DNA of 64,000 bases, taken from NCBI RefSeq assembly GCF_963921235.1, contig NC_086097.1:24244001-24308000 (forward strand). The letters run 5' to 3'. Both the position numbers and the translations under genes were made by a program. The stretch is from Mobula hypostoma (Eukaryota). Positions within the stretch are counted from its first letter, which is position 1. Each line of letters opens with the position of its first letter. Of this stretch, positions 24,352 to 37,136 are shown piece after piece. A model generated the notes under the pieces. It worked only from the letters and a program-made list of their open reading frames with translations. It was not told the DNA's origin and did no database searches.

Positions 24352-25579
24352 CTTAAGACACAGCCATTTACATTCAGACTGGTGAAGGCGTCTATATTGA
24401 TCGCAGGTATCGACAGGCTTCTGTCAAGCAGAGTTCTGAGAGCTCAAAGCACAGCATGTTTTGTGGCTGGGTGCACTGCTAACCGGCGTCACCCTGCAGG
24501 TCTCCCCTCCCTGCCATTGTTACTGCTTCCGCTGCTAGACCAAGCAGCTTCGCCTCATAGCCTCGCCTGGTCTTATTACCCAGATCCACAGGGCTTTGCT
24601 GTCACTGATGTCTTGTTTGCCTGGGAGACAACTTAAATATTAATTTAATCTCTTGGTTTGGAAAGCACAGAAAGTAATCAAGGGCTCGACTTATTAAAGG
24701 CTTCAAACATAATGTGAGTGGGTAGGTAACCTTTAACAAATGTTCTAAATATATTTTTGATCATTTAAAAAACCTTGGGGAAGCCCCACGGCCATTGTTA
24801 GCGTAATACCAAGGTGCAGAACTGCGAAATTAAGAAGCAGTAAGTAGATCATAAGTTCCCAAGGCTCTTCATCGCTGAGATTTTTCACGTGTCAAGCCTG
24901 GGTCTGCTGGAGATTAATTGATCAAGACTGATTAGTCAACAACTCCATTACCGCTGCGTCTGCCTGCAATGTGGCATACTTTGGTCTTCTGCTGATTAGT
25001 AATTTCCATGTGCTGAGATTTCAAAGTCTGTGAAATGGACGAGAGAAAGAAGGGAATTATAGGAGAGATGTCAGGGGTAGTTTTATTTTACAGAGTGTGG
25101 GTCCGTGGAGTGCACTGGCAAGGGTGGTGCTGGAGTCAGGTAAACTTGTGACATTTACCATGCTCTTAGATAGACACATGGATGACAAAAAAAAATGGAG
25201 GGCTATGTAGCCGGGAACGTTTGATTGACCTTAAATTAGGCTAAGAGGCTGGCACAACATCGTGGGCTGAAGTGTGCTGTACTGTTGTATGTTCTAAGTT
25301 CACTAAAGCAGTCCAGGTATAGGAATGAACCATTCTCACACAGACTGGCTTGGATATGACCCAGATACATAGCAAAGTGGTTGCTGTTCAAATTTCTTCT
25401 GAAGGGCCATGCTCCAGATGCGAGGTCAATGGAACGAAGCAGCATAACAGTTCAGCATGGACTAGATGGGCTGAAGGGCCTGTTTCTGTCCTATAGTGCT
25501 GTGACTCTATAACACTAGCAGTTGAATTATTTAAAGGGCAATTAGGGGTGCGTAATGTGTGCTGTCTCTATCAGTGATC

Positions 25580-26510
25580 CATAAGGATCATAAGAGGTAG
25601 GAGAAGAGTTAAGCCATTTGGCCCATCAAGTCTGCTCCACCATTCCATCATGGCTCCCAACCCCATTCTTCTGCCTTCTCCCCGTAACTTTAACACCCTT
25701 ACTAATCAACAGCCAATTAAGCTCTGTTTTAAATATATCCAATGACCTGGCCTCCACAGCCATCTGTGGCAACGAATTCCACAGATTCACCACCCTCTGG
25801 CTAAAGAAAATCTTCCCCATTTCTGTTCTAAAGGGACATCCTTCCTATTCTGCAGCTGTGCTCTCTGGTCCTGGACTGCCCCACTATTGGAAGCATCCTC
25901 TCCACATCTACTCTTTCTAGGCCTTTCAAATTTTGATAGGTTTCAATAAGATAACCCCACATACTCCTAAACTCCAGTGAGTACAGGCTCAGAGCCATCA
26001 AATGCTGCACATATGTTAACCCTTTCATTCCTGGGATCATTCTCCTGGACCTCCTCTATATCCTCTCTAATGCCAGCACATCCTTTCTTAGAGAAGCAGC
26101 CCAAAACTGTTCACAATACTCCAAGTGTGGTCTGCCCGATGCCTTAGAAAGCCTTTGCAATACATCCTAGCTTTAATATTCTAGTCCTCTTGAAATGAAT
26201 GCTAACATTTCAATTGCCTTCCTTACTACGGATTCAACCTGCAAATTAACCTTTAGGGATTCCTGCATGAGGACCCCTCTATCCCTTTGCACCTCTGATT
26301 TTTGAATTTGCTCCCCATTTAGAAAATATGACACCCTTATTCCTCCTACCAAAGTTCATGACGATACACTTCCCGACACTATATTTCATCTGCCACATCT
26401 TTAACCATTCTGCTATTCTTCCAAGTCCTTCTGCAGACTCCCTGTTTCCTCAACACTACCTGCCCCTGCACCTATCTCTGGCTACAATGTCGTCAATTTC
26501 AGCATCCAAA
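25580..26510 (-). mobile_element. CR1 LINE 3' fragment (~0.9 kb)
   Basis: MIPGMKGLTY...LYSLEFR and FFSQRVVNLWNSLPQ. Confidence 0.9.
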
Positions 26511-27139
26511 TCATGAAAAAATTCAACACTGAAAATCATTTGGGATGCAACAATATCTAAACAGCACCCCCCCCCCAGTATGAATCTCTACCACACTGAG
26601 ATACAGTATTAAAGGTTAGAAGTGCAGAATAGGACAGTCACCCATCACTCAGACGTCACTGACCAAAGTGTTCTATGCCACTGTTTGTTTTCCACAGAAG
26701 TCTTCTTGCAGTTGTCTACACAACATTTCCTTTCAGTCCTTCTTCCTTCATGTACATCCTTAAATGCAGTTCTTTTGAGAAGAAACTATTATAAACTGGT
26801 AAAGGTCAGAATATTCATATGGAGATGAGAATGTCTATGACAGGGAGAGTAATTGTGGTTAACGGCACTCTCACAAAATTGTCCTAACATGCTGGTTAAT
26901 ATGTTGTACTTTAATATAAAATCTTATGAAATCGTATACTCCTATAGGAAGAACAGAATATTGAATTGGACAGCAGGAGTTTATTTGTAGTGAAACATGC
27001 CTACCCTGATTTGTTTTGAAATCACATTTTCAAACAGCAAAAAAATGTTGGATATTTAAACTAATAAAGAGGCCTTAAGAGATGCTTGGGCCCATTGACA
27101 TCAACAAGAATAACCAGCTGTACTGATTATCCCAAGGTA

Positions 27140-27540
27140 AGGAAAGATTGAATAGTTTAGGACTAAATTCCCTGGAGTGCAGGAGAATGAGGGGCGATCT
27201 TACAGGGGTATACGAAATTATAAGGGATTTTGATAAGCTGAATGCATCAAGGCTTTTTTCCCTCAGGCTGTGTGAGACTAGAACTAGAAGTCACAGATTA
27301 TGGGTGAAAGGTGAAATATTTAAGGAGAATCTGCGGGGAAACCCCTTCACTCAGGGGTGGTGTGAGTGTGGAATGAACTGCCAGTGGAAGTGGTAGATAC
27401 AACTTCAATTGTAGCATTTAAGAGAAGTTTGGATAGGTGCATGATGGTTGAGCAATGTTGAGGGTGCAGATGGATGCGATGAGTCAGTAGAGACTAAATG
27501 GACCAAGAGGCCTGATTGTATGCTGTAGTACTCTGTCACT
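27140..27540 (+). mobile_element. CR1 LINE 3' fragment
   Basis: LGLNSLECRRMRGDLTGVYEII...TRTRSHRL. Confidence 0.8.
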
Positions 27541-28239
27541 CCATTGTCCATAGGAAGTTAACAAACTGAAATGGAAACAAAGCCAATTATGCAGGTGCTA
27601 GATTATATTGGAATAGATAGATTTTAAAGAAGGTTAAGGGGCAAATAAATTCAGAGAGAAAATTCAGGGGCCCATGATCTTGACAGCTAAAATCATTGTT
27701 AGAATGACCGAATTCAGAAATGTTTAAGAGTCCAGAATTAGAGGAACATTGATATCTCAAGTTGGTCAGGGAGCAGGAGATTACAAAGGTAGAGGAGGAT
27801 GGGATCATGAAGGGATTTAAAGGCAGTGGTGGAGTCCTTGGAATTATGCAGCATAAAAACTTGTTTATGCTGATATCTGTATTTGGCCCATATCGCTCTA
27901 AACCTTTGCTATCCACTTACCCGTCCAAATGCCAATTTAATGGATACCCTACTGCAGCTCAGTTGCACTCTGGGTGGGTCATCCCTGATGGGGAATCAGA
28001 TTCCTCCTGGCCTCTGCCAATGGAACCGATTAGAAAGGGGTTTCAGCTCTCCATGCCTATCCACAGGTATGATAATGGGGTGTGATCAGCCACCCAACGT
28101 CCTGGCTTGGTATTGATTAGTAGTTGTGACGTGTGCTGAGATGCAGTGAAAAGCTTTGTTTTCTGTGCCGTCCACCCATATTATTTCATACAGTCGTACA
28201 TCAAGGTAGTGAAAAAACTGAATGTAAAATACAATGTTA

Positions 28240-28480
28240 CGGGGTAACAAGGTAGTGTAGCGGTTAACATAATGCTTTACAGCAGCTGCTGTGAGGTCGG
28301 GATTCTATTCCCATTGTTGTCTGTAAGGAGTTTATACATCTTCCCTGTGACCATGTGGGTTTCCTCCTGCATTCCAAAGACACAAGGATTGCAGCCCCCA
28401 GCACATCCTTGACACAAACAACACGTTTCACTGTATGTTTTGGTGTTTCAATATACACGTCAGAAATAAAGCTAAGCTTT
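28240..28480 (+). mobile_element. V-SINE/HE1-like SINE (internally deleted)
   Basis: Head ggtagtgtagcggttaac, core ctgtaaggagttt...gggtttcctcc, tail aaataaagctaa. Confidence 0.7.
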
Positions 28481-29922
28481 AATCAGTTAGCAAGAGAACA
28501 GGTACAGATGCGCAAGGGCCAGGATAAGGTAGATTGAGAAATCAGGAGCTCTTCTTTATTGTACAGGAGGTCTGTTCAAGAGTTTGATGACCGTGAGATA
28601 GAGTTAGGTGATAATTATTCTCAAGCTTTTGCATCACAGTTTGTGGATTGGTCTCCGTAATTCACGCTGTGATGTGTTTCTGGGGTCTGGTCTCTCTTTT
28701 TCGTGCGACTTTGATCTGGCTCGACAGGCTCCGCAGCCAAGAAGTTAATGTACAACATGGCACTAGACTGAACTGAACTGTGCAAAACTGAATATGCCTC
28801 GTCTCTTTTAATGACTTTGTGGGTTGGTGATTTACATTCTGTGCTTTTTGCACTTTTTCTTGCAGCTCGCGTACTTTATGTATTTTTTTTGCGCATTGGG
28901 GGTTTGATGTTTTTCTTTAAATAGGTTCCATGGTTTTCTTTGTTTCTTGGGAAGACAAATCTCAGGGTTGCATATTGCATACATACTTTGAATCTGCAGA
29001 ATGTTTCTGTCCAACAGAGGAGGGGAAAAGAGAAGGTGACTCGGCTGGGAGGGGCCCTTGATATGTTGACTGCTTTCCTGAAGCAGTGGGGGGGGGAATG
29101 ATTTATGTGATGGATCTGATTATTAGCAGAATAACTTTAGAAGTTACATTCACATTAATCCAGAATTTAAATAAAAACAATCAGACATTTATAACTTATA
29201 GTAATGTTATGTCTTTGTATTGCACTGCTGCTGCAAAACAACAAATTTTACATCATATAAATATGGCAATGATAATGATAGTGATTCTGACATCAATATA
29301 GTGACCACAAGAGCGGAGGACTGAAATAAGAACCCATCCTCATTCATGTTCTATAGAGAAACAGATCTGCCGTCTTTATCCAGTTGGTCTGTCCATGACT
29401 CTCGACCTATCAGAAACAGAGTAGATGTGGAAAGGATGTTTCCCATGGTGGAAGAGTCTCAAGATAGAGGGGCACCCTTTCAAAACAGAGATGCAAAGAA
29501 ATTTCTGTAGCCAAAGGCTGGTGAATTTATGGAATTTGTTGCCACATGCAGCTGTGGAGGCCAGGTTGTTGGGTGTATTTAAGGCAGAATTTGATTGGTT
29601 CTTGATTGGACATGGCATCAAAGGTTATGGGGAGAAAGCCGGGAACTGGGGTTGAGGAGGAGATAAAAAAGGATCAACCATGATTGAAAGGCAGAACAGA
29701 CTCGATAGGCTAGGTGGCCTAATTCTGCTCGTATGTCTTATGGTCTATCAATACCTTGATCTCCATGCATTTTGTCACCACTTCTCACTGCCTTGGTAAA
29801 GCATCCAGTCTAATCAAAGACCCACCCACACTGGATTTGCCCTTCTTCCCCTTCCATTGGGCATAGATACAGAAGCCTGAAAGCACAAATCACCACACTC
29901 AAGGAAGGCTTCTATCCCACTG

Positions 29923-30066
29923 GGAAGGGAAGGCCCTTCACTTGGACAACATCGGTGGCGTGGAGAGGGAAGACTTGCTGTATGGGCAACTGCCGGTCTT
30001 CCATACAACCTTGCCCAGGCCTCAGTCAACATCGAAATCGATAGACAGCCGAAGAAGAAGAAGAAG
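29923..30066 (+). mobile_element. Short non-autonomous RTE derivative with (GAA)n tail, inserted in a Rex1 fragment
   Basis: 3' end tcaacatcgaaatcgatagacagccgaagaagaag resembles the 3' end of the RTE at 34742-35350; host resumes ...cccactg|ttataaaactattg. Confidence 0.65.
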
Positions 30067-30231
30067 TTATAAAACTATTGAATGGTTCCCTAGTATGATG
30101 TGGAATCTACCTTGTTATGATCTTGCACTTTATTGTTTAACTGGACTGCACTTTCTCTGTAGCTGTTGCACTTTTTTTCTGCATTCTGGTATTGTTTTAC
30201 CTTGTATTACCTCAATGCACTCCCCCAAGAG

Positions 30232-30645
30232 GACCACAACCTCATCAAGGTTTGGAGGCTTGAGTGCCGCAATGACCTGGAGAGCTATATTGGCTGGAGT
30301 CAGGGCTTTATGCTTTGGCTCTTGGTAGGGTTACCCATGCCAAACAGGTCAAAGGGTAGAGGACAGACCAAAAGTGGTCCACCGATCCTCCAGGTCCAGG
30401 GGTTCAGCTCAAGGCTAATAACCCTGGCTGGTAAAACAAAATTGTTACAAAAACAGCAATGAAGAATCCTTCTACATCTGAGTGCAACAGTATTCCTGAG
30501 TCTCCAGCTGGAACTTGCATGACTGACAGTAGTGAAAACAGAGAATAAGCTATTGACACGATAAAGGAAGCACTCAACACCGCCAGAGATGGAGGACCTT
30601 TATTGCTGCCCTAAACACTAGTGGTGTAACAGGGAGTAAGTAAGT
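30232..30645 (+). mobile_element. Non-autonomous RTE-derived element (5'-UTR module joined to LINE 3' end with TAAG-type tail)
   Basis: ggtagggttacccatgccaaacaggtca module; ends ...gctgccctaaacactagtggtgtaacagggagtaagtaagta. Confidence 0.65.
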
Positions 30646-31959
30646 ACCTCAATGTACTGTTTAAGGATTTAATCTGTATGAGTGGTATGCAAGGCAAACT
30701 TTTCACTCTATCACAGCATATGTGACAATAATAAAACAGTTCCATTTCTAGTCCTCATATGTTTGACCCTTAAATGCCCCAGTCCATGGGCACCTGGGAT
30801 AGGCAGTAAACCATGACCTTGCCAACAATTCCAAGAGTTTGAAGGAAATATTGCCCACGCTCTATGGGTCAGCAGTACTGCAGGATGTAATTTTCCTCTC
30901 CCTTGCCTGTCCATCACTGCAGAAGATAGATCTGGAGTACCATCCAATTATTGACTCTTGAAAGACTTTGTTTAAAAAGAGTTGCCTTAAATCACAGCCG
31001 TTGTCTGGGACAGCCTCGGGGAATGCCTGCAGCATGTTGGCAGCATGACGCAAACCACAAACCCAGCTTTCTCTCTCCATTCATTACTGGGATCTCACAA
31101 ACCCAAGTGCGCCAGAGGTCACTTTTAATTAATTTGAAAGCACTTTCCAAGCTTATCACGAGTTGTCGTCAGTGAAATACCTGTAAGACTGAGTTATCAT
31201 GCCTGGCTGCTTTGTGAGAAATTGGAGGGAGCCGAGGATTGTACTACTGCCAAAAATGCTTGAGCATTTCATCCAGGCAGGTATAAATAAACTAATAGAC
31301 CCATCAGGGAATTCAGGAGCCTCAAAGAATGTGTTCAGAATATGCAAGGAACAGCTGAGTCGAATTACAGTGACAGGAAGCTGGAGAATGAAGAAGAGTA
31401 TTGTGATAGGGCAGAAATGAAAGTATTGAGTCCTGATGAAAGGTCTCTGCCCAAAATGTTAACTCTTTAATCTTCTCTATAGATGCTACCTGACCTGTTG
31501 AGTTCTCTAGCAGTATGCTTGTGCTACTCTGGATTTGCAGCATCTGCAAATCTCTTATGTTACTGGTATTGGTTTATGATTGTACTGGTATTGTCACTCA
31601 AGTAGAGTATGATGTTCTCCTAAGGGGTTATTCACCTAATGGAGAAGTACGGGCAGTCACCACTCGATCCTTGACAGATTGGGGTCAGGGTCCAGCGGCA
31701 TGAAATGTAAGATGTCTGGGGACCCCTCACTGCTGCAGGTTTCCTCCACCTTCATTGTCATTTTGAGGTGATATCATCTTCCGCCAGCTCCACCACTGAG
31801 GTCTTGGTTAGATTTCTCCTTGCCTGGAACCTCTCCCTTGATCTTACCACCATGGACAACTCTAGAAGGAGCTAGGCTCCAGACGGCATTGTTCTCGGGA
31901 TCTCAGAAACTCAGAAGCTTTCTACCATGGCAAGGTAACAATAACTGGAGAAGATCGTG

Positions 31960-32830
31960 ATTGCAGCATGTACCAAGATACAGTGAAAAGTTTGTCTTGT
32001 ATTCTGTTCATATAGATCAATTCATCACACGGTGCATTCAACTACAATAAGCTAAACCAATAATGCAGAATGAAGTGTAAAAACTACTGAAAAAGTGCAA
32101 TGCAGATAAACGATTAAGTGCAAGATCATAACAAGGTAGATTGTGAGGCCAAGAAACCATTTTATCATACAAGAGTCTGATAACAGTGGAGTAGAAGCTG
32201 TTCTTGACCCCGTGTGTTTTCAAGCTTTTGTATCTTCTACCCAATGGAAGAAGGAAGAAGAGACAATGTCCAGGATGGGTGGGGTCTTTGATTATGTTGG
32301 CTCTTCTACTGAAGCAGCGAGACAGACAGAGTCCATAGAGGGGAGACAGATTCCTGTGATGTGCTGAGCTGTGTCCACCACTCTCTGCAGTTTCTTGTGG
32401 TCACAGGCTGAGCCGTTGCCAAACCAAGCCACTATGCATCCAGACAGAATGCTTTCTCTGATGCATCAATAAAAATTGGTGAGGGTTGATGGGGACATGC
32501 TAAATTTCTTCAGCCTCCTGCGGAAATAGAGCTGTTGGTGAGCTTTCTTGGCTGTGACATCAACGTGGTTGGACCAGGACAGGCCATTGTTCATGGTCAC
32601 ACCTAGGAACTTGAAACTTTCAACCTTCTCAACCTCAGCAGTGTTGATGTAGACAGAAACATGGGTACCGACCCCTTCCTGACATCATTGACCAGCATGT
32701 TTGTTGACATTGATGGAAACACTGTTGTCACGTCAGCACATCACTAGGCTCTCTATCACCTTCCCGAACTCTGACTTGTTGTCATATGAGAAGTGGCCCA
32801 CTACAGTAGTTTCATCTGAAAACTTGTGGA
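31960..32830 (-). mobile_element. Rex1/Babar-like LINE 3' fragment (old)
   Basis: KFSDETTVVGH and GRRYKSLKT...NSFYSTVIRLL. Confidence 0.75.
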
Positions 32831-34741
32831 AGTGGCCAAAAAATGGCATAGCACAGATGGTCTGAGTAGCAGAACTTCTCAGAGTCCATAGTAGTCCCTT
32901 TTCTTTCATTTGCACTCACTAGAAGCAACTTGAAGTGTTTTGTTACATTTATCATTCCAAAACTAGAGAGCGTGGCTTTAAGAGGAATAGAGGAAAGTTC
33001 GAAGGAGATGTGTAGAGCAAAATTTTATACAGAAATTGCAGGATGCCTGGAATACAATGTCATGGGAGTGGGTCGAAGCATGTATGACAGAGATGTTTAA
33101 GGGAATGTAGTGATGTGGACTGTGTGCAAGCAGGAGGGATGAGCTGTGATTATCTTAAATAGTAGGGACATCATCATGGGCCGAAGTGCTATACAGTTCT
33201 GTGTTCTAAAGAAACTCCGTCTAAGTACAGGTTGTTGTGGCTGGCAAAGGACACTTCATGAGGACTAGAAAGGAAGGAAGCAGAAGCCAGAATAAGAAGG
33301 GGGATGGGAGGAGGTACTTGGTAGCAAGTGATCAGTGAGTTCAGGTGGGTGGGTGGGGAGGGGGTTTGAAGTAAAAAGCTGGGGGTAATATGTGGAAGAG
33401 GTAGAGGGCTGAGGAAGAAGGAAGCTGACAGGCGAGGAGAATGGACCATGGAATAAAGGGAAGGAGAAGGGGAACCAGATTGAGGTGATGGAGGTAATGA
33501 GGGTGCGAGAGGAAAAGAGAAAGTGACTAGAATGGCCCTCTTGCCCTTTCCTCCTGTCTCTAACCCTCCTCCTTCTCTTGGGAATACATACCCCCTCTGG
33601 CCTGTTGCCCTCTCTCGGGCCTTTTATTTCCAACTACTGACTCCCTTCACCCCTCTGAACGAACATGCCTCCCCTCACCCCACACCAAACTCAAGCCTCA
33701 ATGTCAAACCTGCACTCTCCTAAAGAAATTGGTCACGCTTTCTCCGGAGGGGATAAAGCTAAAGGCATCCTCGTGGTGCACCTAACAATCACACTTCAAC
33801 AGAGTCATTAGTCTAAAAGAGGAAGAACCAATGCCAGTCGTGGATCTGCAGACTGAGATTCGAACCTGTGATTGACCCGTGAAGACTCCCGGCAGCTGCC
33901 ATCGGCCTCAGCTGCTTGCCTTTGCTTCTTCAGAGCAGTGGCTCCTCATCGGTTTGGGTCGTCCAGGCAGCTGAGACTGTGCACGTGCCCCGGGTCGCTA
34001 GCTCCCTGGTGATGATGTCGAGAGGTAGGGGGTTTAAGGCCTGAGAGCACGTGCAGCATCAGCTGCCCATGGTGAGGGTCCTCATATTTATGTTCCTGTC
34101 GCCAGACCTGTCAATTAAACATGGACAGAGAGCTTTACTTTTGCCAAGGGTGCAGCGTGAATAATAAATACATGTGGCCCAGTTGCTTATCACTCTGACT
34201 CCTCTCCGAGATGACATGTTCACCATTATTAAAGAGAATTCGGATCAATAAGATTGATTTTTTTTAACTTAAGAGCAGCTTCACCAGTTCTAACATAGAG
34301 AGTGTTTGGGCTTGTCTTGTGTCCAGCCGTCAACAGCTGTTCTCTAATCTCTGTTCACTTATTTACCCTCTGAGTTACCCCAGATTACTGTTGGCCTCCT
34401 GAGACTCTGACAGTCCCTCTGCAACTTCCCTATCTCTCTTTCCACCTTTCGGTCACTCCTTAAATCCCTGGCTGAACTTTTATTCATCTGTCCTGAAAGC
34501 AGATTGTTATCAGAATCGGATTTATTGACACTGACATATGTTATGAAATTTGTTGTTCTGTGGCAGCAGTGCAGTTAATACGTAAGTCATTACTGTAAGT
34601 TATAATAAGAATTTTTTTTAAGTGCAAAGCTAGAGCAAATTCTGAGGTAGTGTTCGTGGATTCATTGACCATTCAGAAGGGGAGAGAGAAGCTGTTCCTA
34701 AAACATTAGATATGTGTCTTCATGCTCTTGTACCTCCTCCC

Positions 34742-35350
34742 CAAGGACTTGATGTGATGTCACATCAAATCCTTGGAGCGCTTCCACATAAGCTGCCTCC
34801 AGCGCATCCTGGGAATTACCTGGCGTGAGCGGGTGCCTCACACTGAAATACTTGTAAAGGCCAACTGCAGAAGCATTGAGGTCATGATCACCCAGCATCA
34901 GCTGCAGTGGCTGGGGCATGTGATAAGGATGCCCCCATGTCGGTTACCCCAAAGAGTGTTATAGGGCCAGCTACATCATGGTCAATGCTCAGCTGGAGGG
35001 CCGGAGAAGCGCTATAAGGATCAGATGAAGAATGCTTTAAGGAAGTGCAAGATCAGACCCGAGGACCTGCAGGATGTTGCTGCTGACTGTAACACTTGGC
35101 AACAGCTGTGTAGGGACGGGGTTCGTATTCTGGAGATGGAAAGAACAACTAGAAGACATCAGAAGAGAGCCAGGAGAAATGTAGCCATGGTTGCCACCAC
35201 TACCACCACCACTACTACATATACATGTCCCAACTGCAATAGAGCTTGTGGGTCCAGGATAGGACTGTATAGTCATCAAAGATATCACCGTTAAAGGAGT
35301 GGACATCATCATCGGATTTTGATGGACAATCGAAGAAGAAGAAGAAGAAG
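34742..35350 (+). mobile_element. 5'-truncated RTE-clade LINE: ORF C-terminus with C2H2 zinc finger and (GAA)n tail
   Basis: One frame 34761-35294 with a single stop at 34962: LERFHISCLQRILGITW...LQWLGHVIRMP...KRYKDQMK...CPNCNRACGSRIGLYSHQRYH. TSD CTCCTCCC at 34734-34741 and 35353-35360. Confidence 0.9.
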
Positions 35351-35360
35351 ATCTCCTCCC

Positions 35361-36115
35361 TCCTGGTAGTAATAAGAAGAGGGCACGTTCTGGATGGTGA
35401 GGGCCCTTAATGATGGATGCCACCTTGGTGGAGCTGGGTGAGTCTACAACCAACCAGCTACAGCTTTTTCCAATCCTGTGCAGTGGCCCCTCCATACCAG
35501 ACAAAGCACTGTACGAAGGCAGTCCAATATCTGCACTAGGTGTCACCGTTAGCTGCACAGTTAACTGCACAAGTTAGAATAGTTTCCACAGTACATCTGT
35601 AGAAACTTGTTATAATCTTTGATCGCATACCAAATCTCCTCAAACTCCGAATAACATGTAGTCGCTGGCATGCCTTCATCATGATTGCACCAAGGTGTTA
35701 GGCCGAGGATAGCCCTTCAGGATGTTAACATCCAGGAACTTGAAACTCTTCACCCTTCTCACTGCTGATTCCTAGATGAGGACTGGTGTATGATCCCTTG
35801 ACTTCCCCTTCCTGAAGTCCACAATGTACTCCTTCAACTTACTGATGTTGAGTGCACGGTCGTTGTGGCGACTCCATTCAACCAGCTGACGTATCTCCCT
35901 CCTGTGCATCCTGTCACCATCTGAGATCCAAATGACAACAGTCGTGTCATCGGTAAATCTATAGATGGCACTTGAACTGTGCCTAGCCACGCAGTCATGA
36001 GTGTAGAGAGAGTCGAGCAGTGCACTCACACACATCCTGGGGTGTTATTTTCAATCTGCAAAGATTGTGGTCTCCTGATGAGGAAGTCAAGGAACCAGTT
36101 GCAGAAGGAGGTAGG
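35361..36115 (-). mobile_element. Rex1/Babar-like LINE fragment (host of the RTE insertion; its 3' end lies at ~34500-34740)
   Basis: SLYTHDCVARHSSSAIYRFTDDTTVV...LNISKLKEYIVDFRK. Confidence 0.8.
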
Positions 36116-36838
36116 AAGGCTATTATATAGCTCTCTAGTATGATGAGGTGGACTCCCGACCTCGCAATCTACCTTGTCATCACTGCTTACCTGCAATGCA
36201 ATTTCTCTGCAGCTTTGACACCTAATTCTGCATTGTTATTGTTTTACCTCAATGCATTGTGTAATGATTTGATCTGTCTGAACAGTCTGCAAGACAAACT
36301 TTTACCTATATATTAACATACAGTGGATTCCAGTTAATGGGGACACATAATGAGGATACATTTTGGCTCCATTAAGCATCTGCCCACTTAGCCAAAGTTT
36401 CGTGGAAATACTTAAACAGATATAAAACTACCTTTTAAATGAGTAATAAATTATGTATTTAAGAAATACAGAATAAATTAGATCTCTACCAACACTACTA
36501 CTGTTCTATAAAATTGTGTATTAGTTCCTAGTAATTATTGACAAAAGAATTCATACAGTATACACTGACTTGTTCTTTTGATTGACTGTACATGAACAAC
36601 ATCATGCAGACACCTAGTTCAGAAAATGAACTGCCTTCAAATATTGTTCTTGAATTTGCATCCTCCAAATCTTTATTTTAATTGTAACATTTGAGATGAT
36701 TGCTGATACCTTCAAGTTCATCCTAGTTCCTAACTTGTTGAAGTAGAGAAATAGCTTCATTTATATTCCCGTTGTTTCTGGCATCTTGAAGCCTGAATGT
36801 TTGAAACCGCAGTGAGCAAAACAGTTCTGAATTGTCTT

Positions 36839-36930
36839 CAGTCCTCATGAAGGGTCTCGCCCAAAACATTAACACTTTTCCATAGATGCTGCCTGGCCTG
36901 CTGAGTTCCTCCAGCATTTTGTTGTGTTAC
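36839..36930 (+). mobile_element. 92-bp Penelope-derived unit (decayed hammerhead plus arm) with 13-bp TSD
   Basis: Begins at helix I strand CAGTC; flanked by TCTGAATT(G/A)TCTT at 36826-36838 and 36931-36943. Confidence 0.8.
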
Positions 36931-37136
36931 TCTGAATTATCTTACTGTTCATTCAGTGACAAAAATCACTGCCTTTATGAAGACAAACACATGCAACTGA
37001 TGCTATTTAAAATTTGTTCGCTCTAAGCATGGTGTAATGTCTAATGACCACATGACTGACGCTAGTTAGAAAGTATTGGACAACATCCTCCTGTTCCATT
37101 TAATCTGCATAGTGGCAGGAATCTCAGCTATTTTCT

